A stretch of DNA of 64,000 nucleotides from Bryobacteraceae bacterium (GTDB lineage: Bacteria; Acidobacteriota; Terriglobia; Bryobacterales; Bryobacteraceae): assembly GCA_036498815.1 (NCBI GenBank), contig DASYET010000028.1, positions 241 to 64,240 on the forward strand, written 5' to 3'. The translations under genes were made by a program, and so were the position numbers. Positions 7,514 to 16,117 of this stretch are shown here, piece after piece. Position 1 is the first letter of the stretch, and each line of letters begins with the position of its first letter. The notes below the pieces were generated by a model that was not told the DNA's origin, searched no databases, and saw only the letters and a list, made by a program, of their open reading frames with translations.

Positions 7514-7668
7514 CTTTACCCCGGGGCCGGAGAGTCCGTGCGCAGGGCCGGCTCCGACGCCTTCCTTGTCATCTTTGCGATCGAGCGGCCCTGGCGCGCG
7601 GCCGGCCCGCTCGAATCTCGCGCCTGAGCTTCCCGATGAAGTGAGAAATGTTAAGGTAGTAGGAGCTT

Positions 7669-8172
7669 ATGGCGAAGATTGGCGAAGTATTCGGCGGCGC
7701 GGCGGCGATCGCCAAAGGGATGGGCATCACCTTTAAGGAGATGCTGCAACCAACCCTGACGGAGGACTATCCGGACGCTCCGGCAAAGTTCCAGGAACGG
7801 TTTCGCGGCGTGCACCAGTTGCAGCGCGACGAGAACGGCCTGGAAAAGTGCGTAGCGTGTTTCCTCTGCGCGGCGGCCTGTCCGGCGGACTGCATCTATA
7901 TTGAAGCGGCCGAGAATACCGAGGAGTTGCGGATCAGTGGCGGAGAGCGCTACGCGAAGGTTTACAACATCGATTACAATCGCTGCATTTTTTGCGGATT
8001 CTGCGTGGAGGCGTGTCCCACCGATGCGATTACGCACGGGCACGGGTTTGAAATCGCCAGCTACAATACGTCCACGCTGATTTACCGGAAAGAGCAGATG
8101 CTGGTGCAGATCCCGCAAGGCGCTCAGTTTCCGCTGAAAGTCGCCGCGGAGACGGCCGACGACGCGCATTAA
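7669..8172 (+). CDS. nuoI: NADH-quinone oxidoreductase subunit I (2x[4Fe-4S])
   Basis: Two ferredoxin Cys motifs in NuoI/Nqo9 context: LEKCVACFLCAAACPADCIYIE and RCIFCGFCVEACPTDAI. The GERYAKVY motif is shared with Nqo9. AGGAG lies just upstream of the ATG. Confidence 0.9.
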   Translation: MAKIGEVFGGAAAIAKGMGITFKEMLQPTLTEDYPDAPAKFQERFRGVHQLQRDENGLEKCVACFLCAAACPADCIYIEAAENTEELRISGGERYAKVYNIDYNRCIFCGFCVEACPTDAITHGHGFEIASYNTSTLIYRKEQMLVQIPQGAQFPLKVAAETADDAH

Positions 8173-8220
8173 CGGCGACGCGCACTCCTCTCGCCGGACC
8201 GGGAGCAGAAGACTAACACG

Positions 8221-8270
8221 ACAAGAAGACAGGCCACACAAAACGATGGCCTGTCCTACCCGCTTCTTGT
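8221..8270 (+). other. nested hairpin downstream of nuoI
   Basis: Outer 8-bp stem ACAAGAAG/CTTCTTGT and inner 7-bp stem ACAGGCC/GGCCTGT, read directly. There is no T-run, so its role (terminator or leader of the next gene) is open. Confidence 0.3.
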
Positions 8271-8287
8271 TGTAAGATAAAAACTCC

Positions 8288-9343
8288 GTGATTCTACCAG
8301 CTACCTTTCCCGCAGCTCTGCTGCTGATGTTCGCGTGTATGTTGTGTTGGGGAACGTGGGCCAACACGTTTAAGTTCGCCGGGAAGTGGCGTTTCGAGCT
8401 TTACGCCTACGACATCGCGCTGGGAATTACGCTGTGCGCGGTCGCGGCGGCCTTCACACTGGGTTCGGCGAATCCGCAGGATTTGACCTTTGAAGATAAC
8501 TTCCTGATCGCGAGCTCACGAAAGATTGTTTACGGGCTGGCCTCGGGCGTGGTCATCAATTTGGCCAACTTGTTCCTGATGTCCTCCTTCTCCGTGGCGG
8601 GCTTGAGCGTGGCGGTTCCCATCAGCATGGCGACGGCGGTGATCACCAACGCCATCTGGAATTATTTTCCGTCCACGCAGGCCAATCCGCTGCTGTTGTT
8701 CGGAGGCGTGATCTGCCTGGTGGTTTCGATTATTCTGACGGCGCTGGCGCTGAGCGCGCATGGGGACTTGCTCATTCCCTCCAAGCCTCTGCGTCCCGAT
8801 CCGCGTGTGGCGCCGGCGGCGCGACCGGCTCCGACCGCGTTGGGCGTGGTTCTCGCCGTGGCGAGCGGGTTGGCGATGGGTCTGTGTCTGCCGCTGATCG
8901 ACAATGTCCGCAGCGGAGAGAACGGAGTGTCTCCTTACGGGCTGGCGGTTCTGATGGGCGGTGGCGTGCTGTTATCGACCCTGTTCCTGGTTCCGTTCTT
9001 CTTGACCTTTCCGGTGCAGGGCGCGCCGATCGAGTTCCGGTCCTACTTCAGTGGCTCCAAGAAGCAGCATTTCTGGGGACTGTTCGGCGGAATGATTTGG
9101 ATGGGCGGCATGATCGCCTACTTGACGGCGCTTAGCGCTCCAACGTTGACGGCGGCAAACATGGCGACGGAGTTCGGCGTGGTCTACGCCGCGGCTTTAG
9201 TGGCGGCGTTGTGGGGCTGGCTGCTGTGGCGGGACTTCAAGGGCTCGACGTACAAAGTCAAGATGATGCTGCTGGGGATGTTCGTGATGTATGGGGCGGG
9301 CATGGCCATGGTGGCGTTGGCTCCGCTGTTCGTGGCGCAATAG
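8288..9343 (+). CDS. 10-TM transporter, DMT/GRP sugar-transporter-like
   Basis: 351 aa with a GTG start, hydrophobic throughout. The N-terminal LLMFACMLCWGTWANTFK resembles GRP/GlcU-type permeases (recalled from memory; weak). Confidence 0.8.
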   Translation: MILPATFPAALLLMFACMLCWGTWANTFKFAGKWRFELYAYDIALGITLCAVAAAFTLGSANPQDLTFEDNFLIASSRKIVYGLASGVVINLANLFLMSSFSVAGLSVAVPISMATAVITNAIWNYFPSTQANPLLLFGGVICLVVSIILTALALSAHGDLLIPSKPLRPDPRVAPAARPAPTALGVVLAVASGLAMGLCLPLIDNVRSGENGVSPYGLAVLMGGGVLLSTLFLVPFFLTFPVQGAPIEFRSYFSGSKKQHFWGLFGGMIWMGGMIAYLTALSAPTLTAANMATEFGVVYAAALVAALWGWLLWRDFKGSTYKVKMMLLGMFVMYGAGMAMVALAPLFVAQ

Positions 9344-9400
9344 ATTCTCCGTTGCTTTCTTTCTGCACGGCGGGCTTGGCGGCTGCGTCAATTCTGGCAG

Positions 9401-10063
9401 GTGAGTTTGGTTTTCCAATCGGGTCTGGTGGTTCTCCTGGCGGCGACGGCATGGGCGGGCGAAGATGCCGTGTTTTCAAGTGGATTGCGGCTGCACGCGG
9501 ACCGGCATGAGCTCACCGGGGAGACCATACGGCTGTATCGCAGCGGCGGCGTCATCGAGGTTCCGGCGGTGATGATCGCGGGATTTGAGGCGGACGAAGC
9601 CTTGCCGGAGACTCCGGCGGCTCCGGTAGCGCCTACGGTCGCGGTGGTGGCCAAGGCTCCGGAGGCGAAGGCGGCTCCCGATCCGAAAACGTTGGTCCAC
9701 GCGGCGGCGCAGCGCAACGGATTGCCGGCGGCGTTCGTGGAGAGCGTGGCGAAGGTGGAATCCGGCATGGATCCTCGCGCGGTGTCGCCCAAGGGAGCGC
9801 TGGGCGTGATGCAGTTGATGCCGTCGACGGCGCGGACGCTGGGCGCCGATCCCATGGACACCGAACAGAACATCGACGCGGGAGCGCGGCTGCTGCGCGA
9901 GTTGCTGATGAAGTACGGCGGCGACGTTTCCAAGGCGCTGGCGGCGTACAACGCCGGCGAGGGCGCGGTGGATCGTTTCCAGGGCGTGCCTCCGTATCCG
10001 GAGACGCAGCATTACGTGAACGCAGTGGTTCGGGATTACCTCAAAAACGACGGCCGGCGCTAG
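9401..10063 (+). CDS. lytic murein transglycosylase (SLT domain)
   Basis: Signal peptide followed by the SLT catalytic region VAKVESGMDPRAVSPKGALGVMQLMPSTA...AYNAGEGAV. Confidence 0.9.
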   Translation: MSLVFQSGLVVLLAATAWAGEDAVFSSGLRLHADRHELTGETIRLYRSGGVIEVPAVMIAGFEADEALPETPAAPVAPTVAVVAKAPEAKAAPDPKTLVHAAAQRNGLPAAFVESVAKVESGMDPRAVSPKGALGVMQLMPSTARTLGADPMDTEQNIDAGARLLRELLMKYGGDVSKALAAYNAGEGAVDRFQGVPPYPETQHYVNAVVRDYLKNDGRR

Positions 10064-10086
10064 AGGCCTGTTACCATCGTTAGTTC

Positions 10087-10917
10087 ATGGGTGCTCCTCC
10101 TCCGCAAGCTCCTCCTAAGATGCCCATTCCGGGCGTAAAGTATCTGGTCGCGATCGGTTCCGGGAAAGGCGGCGTGGGAAAAACCACGGTGTCGGTCAAC
10201 CTGGCGATCGCTCTGGCCCGGATGGGCCGTAAAGTCGGGCTTCTGGATGCCGACGTTTATGGTCCCAATGTGCCGCTGATGATGGGCACGAATGAGACTC
10301 CGATGGGGAACGCGGATGCGATTCGGCCGATCGAAAAATTCGGTGTGAAGCTGATGTCGATGGGATTCCTGAATCCCGGCGACAAGCCGCTGGTGTGGCG
10401 CGGCCCGATGCTGCACAGCGTGATCCAGCAATTTCTGCGGAAGGTGGAGTGGGGCGAACTGGAGTACCTGCTGATCGACCTGCCGCCGGGCACGGGCGAT
10501 GTGGCGCTTTCGTTGATCCAGACGGCTCCGCTGTCGGGGGCCGTGGTGGTGACGACGCCCTCGGATGTGTCGCTCGAAGACGCACGCAAAGCGATTAATA
10601 TGTTCGAGCAGGTTCGGGTGCCGATTCTGGGCTTAGTCGAGAATATGAGCTACCTGATCGCGCCGGGGAGCGGCGAGAGAATCGACGTGTTCGGGCAGGG
10701 CGGCGGTAAGCGCACGGCGGAGAAGATGCACGTGCCTTTCCTGGGCGAGCTCGCGCTGAATCCGGAAGTGCGGATCGGCGGCGACAGCGGGAAGCCGGTG
10801 ACTTCGCTGGCAGGCGACGATAAAAGCGCGGCCCCGTTTGTGGAGCTGGCGCGTCGCGTGGAAGACAGCTGCCGGTCCTCGCAGAGCTCGGGGCCGAGCG
10901 TGACGATCGAAGATTAA
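10087..10917 (+). CDS. apbC: Fe-S cluster carrier ATPase Mrp/ApbC (NBP35 family)
   Basis: Deviant Walker A (AIGSGKGGVGKTTVSVNLA), then GLLDADVYGPNVP and LLIDLPPGTGD. Confidence 0.93.
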   Translation: MGAPPPQAPPKMPIPGVKYLVAIGSGKGGVGKTTVSVNLAIALARMGRKVGLLDADVYGPNVPLMMGTNETPMGNADAIRPIEKFGVKLMSMGFLNPGDKPLVWRGPMLHSVIQQFLRKVEWGELEYLLIDLPPGTGDVALSLIQTAPLSGAVVVTTPSDVSLEDARKAINMFEQVRVPILGLVENMSYLIAPGSGERIDVFGQGGGKRTAEKMHVPFLGELALNPEVRIGGDSGKPVTSLAGDDKSAAPFVELARRVEDSCRSSQSSGPSVTIED

Positions 10918-10977
10918 TTTCTCCCCGAAGGAACGAAGCTGAGTTTCGGCAGGCCTGCGACGGTATCGGGGTTCGGA

Positions 10978-11724
10978 TCAGGCTCGCCGGCGGCGGAACC
11001 AGAGGGCGAGCGCGCCGAGTCCGGTGGCGAGCATGCCGGCGGTAGCGGGCTCGGGGACGACTCCGTTGGAGGAAAGGAAGTCGAAACTGGTTCCCCCGGG
11101 GACAGAGATGCCGACGGTTCCGGTCCCGCCGGTGGTGAGGACCTCGAGGGTCGCGGCTACGTATACCGTGGTGGTTGCGGCGGGATTGCTCAGCAAGTTG
11201 AGCGTGCCGGAGCCGCTGAAGGCGCCGGCCCCGCTGCCGCTGGCGTTGAAAGTTCCGTAGGTGGAAAGGCTACCGCTGGAGCCAAGATCGAATTCCAAAT
11301 TCCAATTACTGATGGTGGTGCCCCCGGTGGTGGAGAGGGTGAAATCGTAGTGGAGCGGCACATTCACGGAAAGCGTTTGGTTCAGAACGCCGCTGGTGAC
11401 CATTTGTACGATGGCGCTTCCGCTCAAGATGCCGATGGAGAGCGTGCCCGTGGTAAAGAACGAAACGCCCTCGAGTCCGGTTCCTCCGGCGGGGGCGCCC
11501 AAGGCGAGAACTCCCGCGCCGCTGGTGCAGCTGCTGGAAGATCCGTCTGGGGCCTTTTCGCTGTCCACGGCGACGCAGCTGAAGTTCGCGGTGGGTAAGA
11601 CGGAATAGGTGACGGTGGCGCGGGCGCTGGACGCCAGGGCCAGGGGCACGATGACGAGAGCGGCCGTTTGCGCGGATCGCGCGATAAGTTGCTTGGCCTT
11701 CGCGACGTAGTCTGTTCTTTCCAA
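10978..11724 (-). CDS. PEP-CTERM sorting-domain secreted protein
   Basis: N-terminal signal sequence, a T/S/G-rich beta-type body, and the C-terminal VPEPATAGMLATGLGALALWFRRRRA (PEP motif, TM segment, basic tail). Confidence 0.8.
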   Translation of the reverse strand: MERTDYVAKAKQLIARSAQTAALVIVPLALASSARATVTYSVLPTANFSCVAVDSEKAPDGSSSSCTSGAGVLALGAPAGGTGLEGVSFFTTGTLSIGILSGSAIVQMVTSGVLNQTLSVNVPLHYDFTLSTTGGTTISNWNLEFDLGSSGSLSTYGTFNASGSGAGAFSGSGTLNLLSNPAATTTVYVAATLEVLTTGGTGTVGISVPGGTSFDFLSSNGVVPEPATAGMLATGLGALALWFRRRRA

Positions 11725-11810
11725 GAAGCCTCCGGTACTTGAGCCCGCTGGGGGGACCCCTTGCGGCTCAAGAATTCCTCAGTATAGCGGATGCGACTTA
11801 CGCCAGGCGT

Positions 11811-11856
11811 GCGAGTTCTTCGTCGAGTTATTCGAGGGCGTCGACGAAGAAGCGGT
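11811..11856. repeat. decayed copy of the hydrolase gene 3' end (direct repeat, copy A)
   Basis: 41/46 nt identical to 12495..12540. On the minus strand it reads HRFFVDALE-stop, versus DHFFVDALEELEEE in the intact gene. Confidence 0.85.
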
Positions 11857-11867
11857 GCAAGAATTGA

Positions 11868-12365
11868 TCAGGTACGCACGTAGGCTTGGATCCGACGGCG
11901 GGCGGCGAACAGGCCCGCGAAGGCGAGTCCCGTGCCCAACAGGATCATCGACGAGGGAGCGGGCGTGACCGGCGGACCCGGGACGGCCAGGACCAGGGCT
12001 CCGTTTGCCGAGTACGTCACGCCACCGCCGTTACTCGCGGTCACTGTGAACGGGTACGAGGCATTGGCCAGGTTGACTGGCGGGGTCAGCACCAGATTGA
12101 AGCTCTGGCTGGCGCCGTTCGCCAGGGGAATGCTGGCAGGAAGCTGCACGGCCCAGGCGTTCGTGATGCCGCTGGTGACGGTCGGGACGAAAGTCTGAGC
12201 AGAGCCGCTGGAGTTGGTCAGCGTGAAGACGTAGGTGGCCGAGCTGCCGGCTGCGGTCAGGGTCTGCGAGGAGGGCGGCGTAATGACTAACTGCGCCAGT
12301 GCCGATACGGGCAAGACAAAAGCCATCAGGACGAGAGAAAGGGAAGCACGATTTCGCACGATCAC
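11868..12365 (-). CDS. PEP-CTERM-like secreted protein (variant anchor)
   Basis: Signal sequence (SLSLVLMAFVLPVSALA), then a T/S/A-rich body. The C-terminus is PAPSSMILLGTGLAFAGLFAARRR, i.e. TM plus basic tail with a degenerate PEP motif. Confidence 0.7.
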   Translation of the reverse strand: MIVRNRASLSLVLMAFVLPVSALAQLVITPPSSQTLTAAGSSATYVFTLTNSSGSAQTFVPTVTSGITNAWAVQLPASIPLANGASQSFNLVLTPPVNLANASYPFTVTASNGGGVTYSANGALVLAVPGPPVTPAPSSMILLGTGLAFAGLFAARRRIQAYVRT

Positions 12366-12481
12366 TCCTCTTTTTCGGTTCAGACTTTGGCGGCGTCTCA
12401 GGACAAGTACGCCTCATTGTCACATAAAAGGATGGCTGATACGACAAGCTGTCGGCGTCGTCCGAAGGACGGGAGGAGAGG

Positions 12482-13117
12482 CTAGCCGAGGCCGGCGATC
12501 TCTTCTTCGAGTTCTTCGAGGGCGTCGACGAAGAAGTGGTCCTTCGACTCAATCAGGATTTTTTGTTTTGGCTCGGGGAGGGAGTCGAACATGGGGAGCC
12601 ATTGTTCGAGCGGGCCGAATTCGTCGTGGGTGCTTTGGATGAAGACTCGGGGGACGGTGCAGGCTTGGAGGAAGGTTCGGTCGTAGGAGGTGGGGAAGCC
12701 TACGGCGATAACTTGTCGTGCACCCACGCCTTCGCAGCCCAGGCGAAGGGCAATTCGGGACCCGAAGGAGAAGCCGGCGAGCGTGAACGGCAGATCGGGG
12801 TAGCGGGCACGCAGGTATCCGAGCGCGGTCCGGGCGTCTTCCAGCTCGCCTTCGCCTCGGTCGTATTTGCCTTCGCTCAAGTTGACGCCGCGGTAGTTGA
12901 AGCGGAGCACGGCGAAGCCGGATTGGCGGAGTGCTCTCGCGATGCGGTGGACCACTTTGTTGTGCATCGTGCCGCCGTGCTGCGGGTGCGGATGGCAGAC
13001 GAGAGCGGCTTGGCGCGGCTCGGTATGGCCCGAGGCGGAGTCCTCAGGCTCTTCGAGTAGCGCTTCTAAACGGCCCGCGGGGCCCGGGATGAAAACAGAT
13101 TCGATGCGGCGGGGCAC
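12482..13117 (-). CDS. alpha/beta-fold hydrolase
   Basis: Nucleophile elbow GFSFGS. The CHPHPQHGGTMHNKV and RFNYRGVNLSEG motifs are typical of short alpha/beta hydrolases. Confidence 0.85.
   Translation of the reverse strand: MPRRIESVFIPGPAGRLEALLEEPEDSASGHTEPRQAALVCHPHPQHGGTMHNKVVHRIARALRQSGFAVLRFNYRGVNLSEGKYDRGEGELEDARTALGYLRARYPDLPFTLAGFSFGSRIALRLGCEGVGARQVIAVGFPTSYDRTFLQACTVPRVFIQSTHDEFGPLEQWLPMFDSLPEPKQKILIESKDHFFVDALEELEEEIAGLG
12495..12540. repeat. direct repeat copy B (inside hydrolase gene 3' end)
   Basis: Partner of 11811..11856, lying 684 bp away. Confidence 0.85.
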
Positions 13118-13129
13118 GGAAAGGCAGTC

Positions 13130-13630
13130 CTAGTTGGTGCGGTAGTTGGTGAACTGGAGATCGATGGCGAAGTCGTGGCCGCGGAGCAGGGCGATCACTT
13201 CCTGGAGCGAATCGCGGTCCTTGGCGGCGACGCGGACGAAGTCGCCTTGGATGGACGCTTGCACTTTCTTCTTGCTGTCCTTGATGAGCTTGACGATGTC
13301 GCGGGCTTTCTCGATAGAGATGCCTTGCGTGAGCGTGATCTCCTGGCGGACGGAGGAGCCCGCGGCGGGGGTGATGGTCCCGTAGGTGAGGCCCTTGAGA
13401 GGCACCTGGCGCTTAACCAATTTCTGCTGGAGGATGTCGACGACCGATTTCAGTTTGAACTCATCGGAGCTGTGCAGGAGGATTTTCAGGTCCTTCTCAT
13501 TGAGCTCGATGGTGGACTTGGAATCCTTCAGATCGTAGCGCTGCTGGACTTCCTTTACCGCCTGTTGGATGGCGTTGGAGACTTCGGGGAGTTCGATTTT
13601 GGAGACGACGTCGAAGCTATTGTCTGGCAT
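13130..13630 (-). CDS. yajQ: YajQ-family nucleotide (c-di-GMP)-binding protein
   Basis: MPDNSFDVVSKIELPEVSNAIQQAVKEVQQRYDLKDS matches the UPF0234/YajQ N-terminus. Length is 166 aa. Confidence 0.93.
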   Translation of the reverse strand: MPDNSFDVVSKIELPEVSNAIQQAVKEVQQRYDLKDSKSTIELNEKDLKILLHSSDEFKLKSVVDILQQKLVKRQVPLKGLTYGTITPAAGSSVRQEITLTQGISIEKARDIVKLIKDSKKKVQASIQGDFVRVAAKDRDSLQEVIALLRGHDFAIDLQFTNYRTN

Positions 13631-13722
13631 GGAATCTTCTAGTATAGGGCGTTGCCGCTCCCTGACGGTCGCGGCTCTGTAAGTGGTTCTCGAGTTGACT
13701 ACGCCGATTCTGAGCCGCGCGC

Positions 13723-14283
13723 CTAATGTCCTAAGGCTACCAAAACCTTCTCCGTGATTTCGCGGATCAGGCCGGGAAGGGCGGCGTCGAGCGCCAGGGT
13801 GATGGCGGCTTCGATGCGCTGCGGGTCCGGAGGCTGCGGCAGAGGGGGCGGCGACGGAGCATCGGAGACGGGCGTCGCGGCGATGGCCGCCATGGCTTCG
13901 GCGAAGAGTCCCCGGGCGAGCTGGGCTTCCTTGACCAGCGGGCGGATGGTTTCCATGACGACGGATGCTTCGAAGGGTTTGCGAAGAATGGCGTCGCAGC
14001 CGGCGTTGTGCGCGTCGGCTTCGTCGAATTTTTCGAGCAACCCGGCGGTGAGGATCACGCGCGTGTGGCGGAGCTTGCTCTTGATGAAGCGGCAGAGGTC
14101 GAAGCCGTTGCGCCCGGGAAGGAACACGTCGGCGATCACCAGATCGGGATCGACGCCGGACAGGCGGAGCGCGGCGGTTTCTCCATCGGTCAGGCTGACC
14201 ACTTCATAGCCCTCTTCCCGGAGAATCCGCTCGCCCATGCGCTGGGCGTGAGGGCTATCGTCAGCGAGCAGGATGATGCTCAC
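13723..14283 (-). CDS. single-domain response regulator (receiver) with Pro-rich C-terminal extension
   Basis: Receiver-domain motifs LLADDS, the phospho-acceptor context DLVIADVFLPGRNG, and KPF. GTG start overlapping the bamD stop (GTGA). No output domain recognised. Confidence 0.85.
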   Translation of the reverse strand: MSIILLADDSPHAQRMGERILREEGYEVVSLTDGETAALRLSGVDPDLVIADVFLPGRNGFDLCRFIKSKLRHTRVILTAGLLEKFDEADAHNAGCDAILRKPFEASVVMETIRPLVKEAQLARGLFAEAMAAIAATPVSDAPSPPPLPQPPDPQRIEAAITLALDAALPGLIREITEKVLVALGH

Positions 14284-15395
14284 TTCTTGTTGTTCTGCTG
14301 CTTTCCTTTGGAGGCGTCGGGCGCGGGCGTCGCAGGCGTCGTCGCGGGAGCATCGGCGGTGGCCGCGGGGGCCACGGTGATGTCTCCGGCGAAGGTTCCG
14401 GCTTCGGTGGGCGTGGGGACGTTTACCGGAATGCTGGGCTTCGGATTATTCATCTGCGGAGAGCCGCTTTTCGCCGCGGGGGTGTGGTCCGGGGTGCTGA
14501 TGGCGAAGCCGAAGGTCTTGCGGGCGATGCCGGCCTTGGTGGCATTTTCCTCTTCGTACTTCATGTGGGCGAGCGCCTGCGGATCGGCGTCGGGGACAGC
14601 CATCTCCAGTTCCTTCAGCCGCGCTTTGGCCAGATCGGTGTACTTGCTGAGCGGATAATCGCGGACGATCTTCTGGTAGGCTTCGCCGGCGCGCGGACGG
14701 AAGCGGGTGCCGAAGCGCGAATAATCGTTGGCCTCGCGCCACAGGGCTTCATCGGCGTGGCTGTAAAGAGGATACTGCGCCACCAGACCGCTGAAACGGT
14801 TCGCAGCGGAAGCCCAGGCTCCACGCTGATCGTAGAAAGTGCCGGTTTTCATCTCGGCGTCAGCCAGAGTTTCCTGGGTTTCGCGGAGGCGTTGTTCCGC
14901 CATGGGGGCATACTTGGAATTCGGATATGCGACCAGGACCTGGCGGAACTCCTGCTCCGCGCGGAGGGCCTGGTTAGGATCGCGATCCGATTTATCCATG
15001 CCGCCGAAGTGGATCATCGCGATTTTGAACTGCGATTCCGCGGCTTCTTCCATGGTGGGGTAGAAGAGGATGAAGTCCTTGTATTCGGCCTCGGCCTGCG
15101 CCATGCCGCCGGCTCCGCCTTCGCGATACCAGCTATCGGCGACGGCGAGTTTGGCTTTGGCCAAGTACTCGCTCGAATCGTAAGTGTTGATGAGCGTGTT
15201 CAGCGTGAGGCGGGCGATTTCGTAGCGGCCTTTTTCCAGATCCTTGATGGCTTTGTCGTAGAGGACCTTATCAGGCTGCTGGGTGTCCTTAGTGATGGGG
15301 TTCTCGTACTTGGCGTGTTTGAAGCCGCAGGAAGACGCGGTCAGGACCGCTGCTGCTACTAAAAGGGCCGTTTTCGAAAATCCTGTCATATACAT
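14280..15395 (-). CDS. bamD: outer membrane protein assembly factor BamD-like TPR lipoprotein
   Basis: Lipobox-like LTASSC, then YDKAIKDLEKGRYEIARLTLNTLINTY and repeated TPR helices typical of BamD/YfiO. The tail is A/T/P-rich. Confidence 0.8.
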   Translation of the reverse strand: MYMTGFSKTALLVAAAVLTASSCGFKHAKYENPITKDTQQPDKVLYDKAIKDLEKGRYEIARLTLNTLINTYDSSEYLAKAKLAVADSWYREGGAGGMAQAEAEYKDFILFYPTMEEAAESQFKIAMIHFGGMDKSDRDPNQALRAEQEFRQVLVAYPNSKYAPMAEQRLRETQETLADAEMKTGTFYDQRGAWASAANRFSGLVAQYPLYSHADEALWREANDYSRFGTRFRPRAGEAYQKIVRDYPLSKYTDLAKARLKELEMAVPDADPQALAHMKYEEENATKAGIARKTFGFAISTPDHTPAAKSGSPQMNNPKPSIPVNVPTPTEAGTFAGDITVAPAATADAPATTPATPAPDASKGKQQNNKK

Positions 15396-15435
15396 CTAAA
15401 CCTCGTAAACTTTGTTCCCGCGCTTACGCGGGGGG

Positions 15436-16110
15436 CTACACTCTTACTGCTGTCGCCTCGCGGGCGAGCTGCTGCATCTGTTCAAAAGCGGCCGGCGGAT
15501 TCACAGTGTGAAAAATCGACGACCCTGCTACCACCCACTCCACTCCTGCTTGAATCACGCTGGCAACGTTTTCCATGGTAACGCCGCCATCGATCTCGAT
15601 GGAGAGAGGCAATCCTCGTTCCTTTTTCCGCGCGGCCAGCTGGCGGACCTTCTTGAGCGCGTTAGAGATGAAACTTTGGCCTCCGAACCCAGGGTTCACG
15701 CTCATGATCAGGACGTAGTCGGCAACGTCCAGTACTTCGTCGAGCGTCTCAACCGGCGTGGAAGGATTGATGACGACTCCGGCCTTCGCGCCGTGACCCT
15801 GGATCATGTGCAACGTGCGGTCAAGATGCGGGCAGGTTTCCTGGTGGACGGAGACCATATCGGCGCCGGCTTCGATGAAGATGGGGGCGTAGGTGTCCGG
15901 GTCCGTAATCATCAGGTGGACGTCCAGCTTCATCTTCGTGACTTTGCGGAGCGACTTCACCAGCGGCGGTCCGACGGTGAGATTGGGGACGAAGTGGCCG
16001 TCCATGACATCCACGTGGAGCATGCGGCAACCGGCGGATTCCAACTGCTCGACTTGCTGGCCTAGGCGGGCGAAATCGGCTGCCAGGATGGACGGAAGAA
16101 TCTCGATCAT
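15436..16110 (-). CDS. rpe: ribulose-phosphate 3-epimerase
   Basis: PSILAADFARLGQQV...HVDVMDGHFVPNLT...MSVNPGFGGQSF are canonical Rpe motifs. Confidence 0.95.
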   Translation of the reverse strand: MIEILPSILAADFARLGQQVEQLESAGCRMLHVDVMDGHFVPNLTVGPPLVKSLRKVTKMKLDVHLMITDPDTYAPIFIEAGADMVSVHQETCPHLDRTLHMIQGHGAKAGVVINPSTPVETLDEVLDVADYVLIMSVNPGFGGQSFISNALKKVRQLAARKKERGLPLSIEIDGGVTMENVASVIQAGVEWVVAGSSIFHTVNPPAAFEQMQQLAREATAVRV

Positions 16111-16117
16111 GACAACG

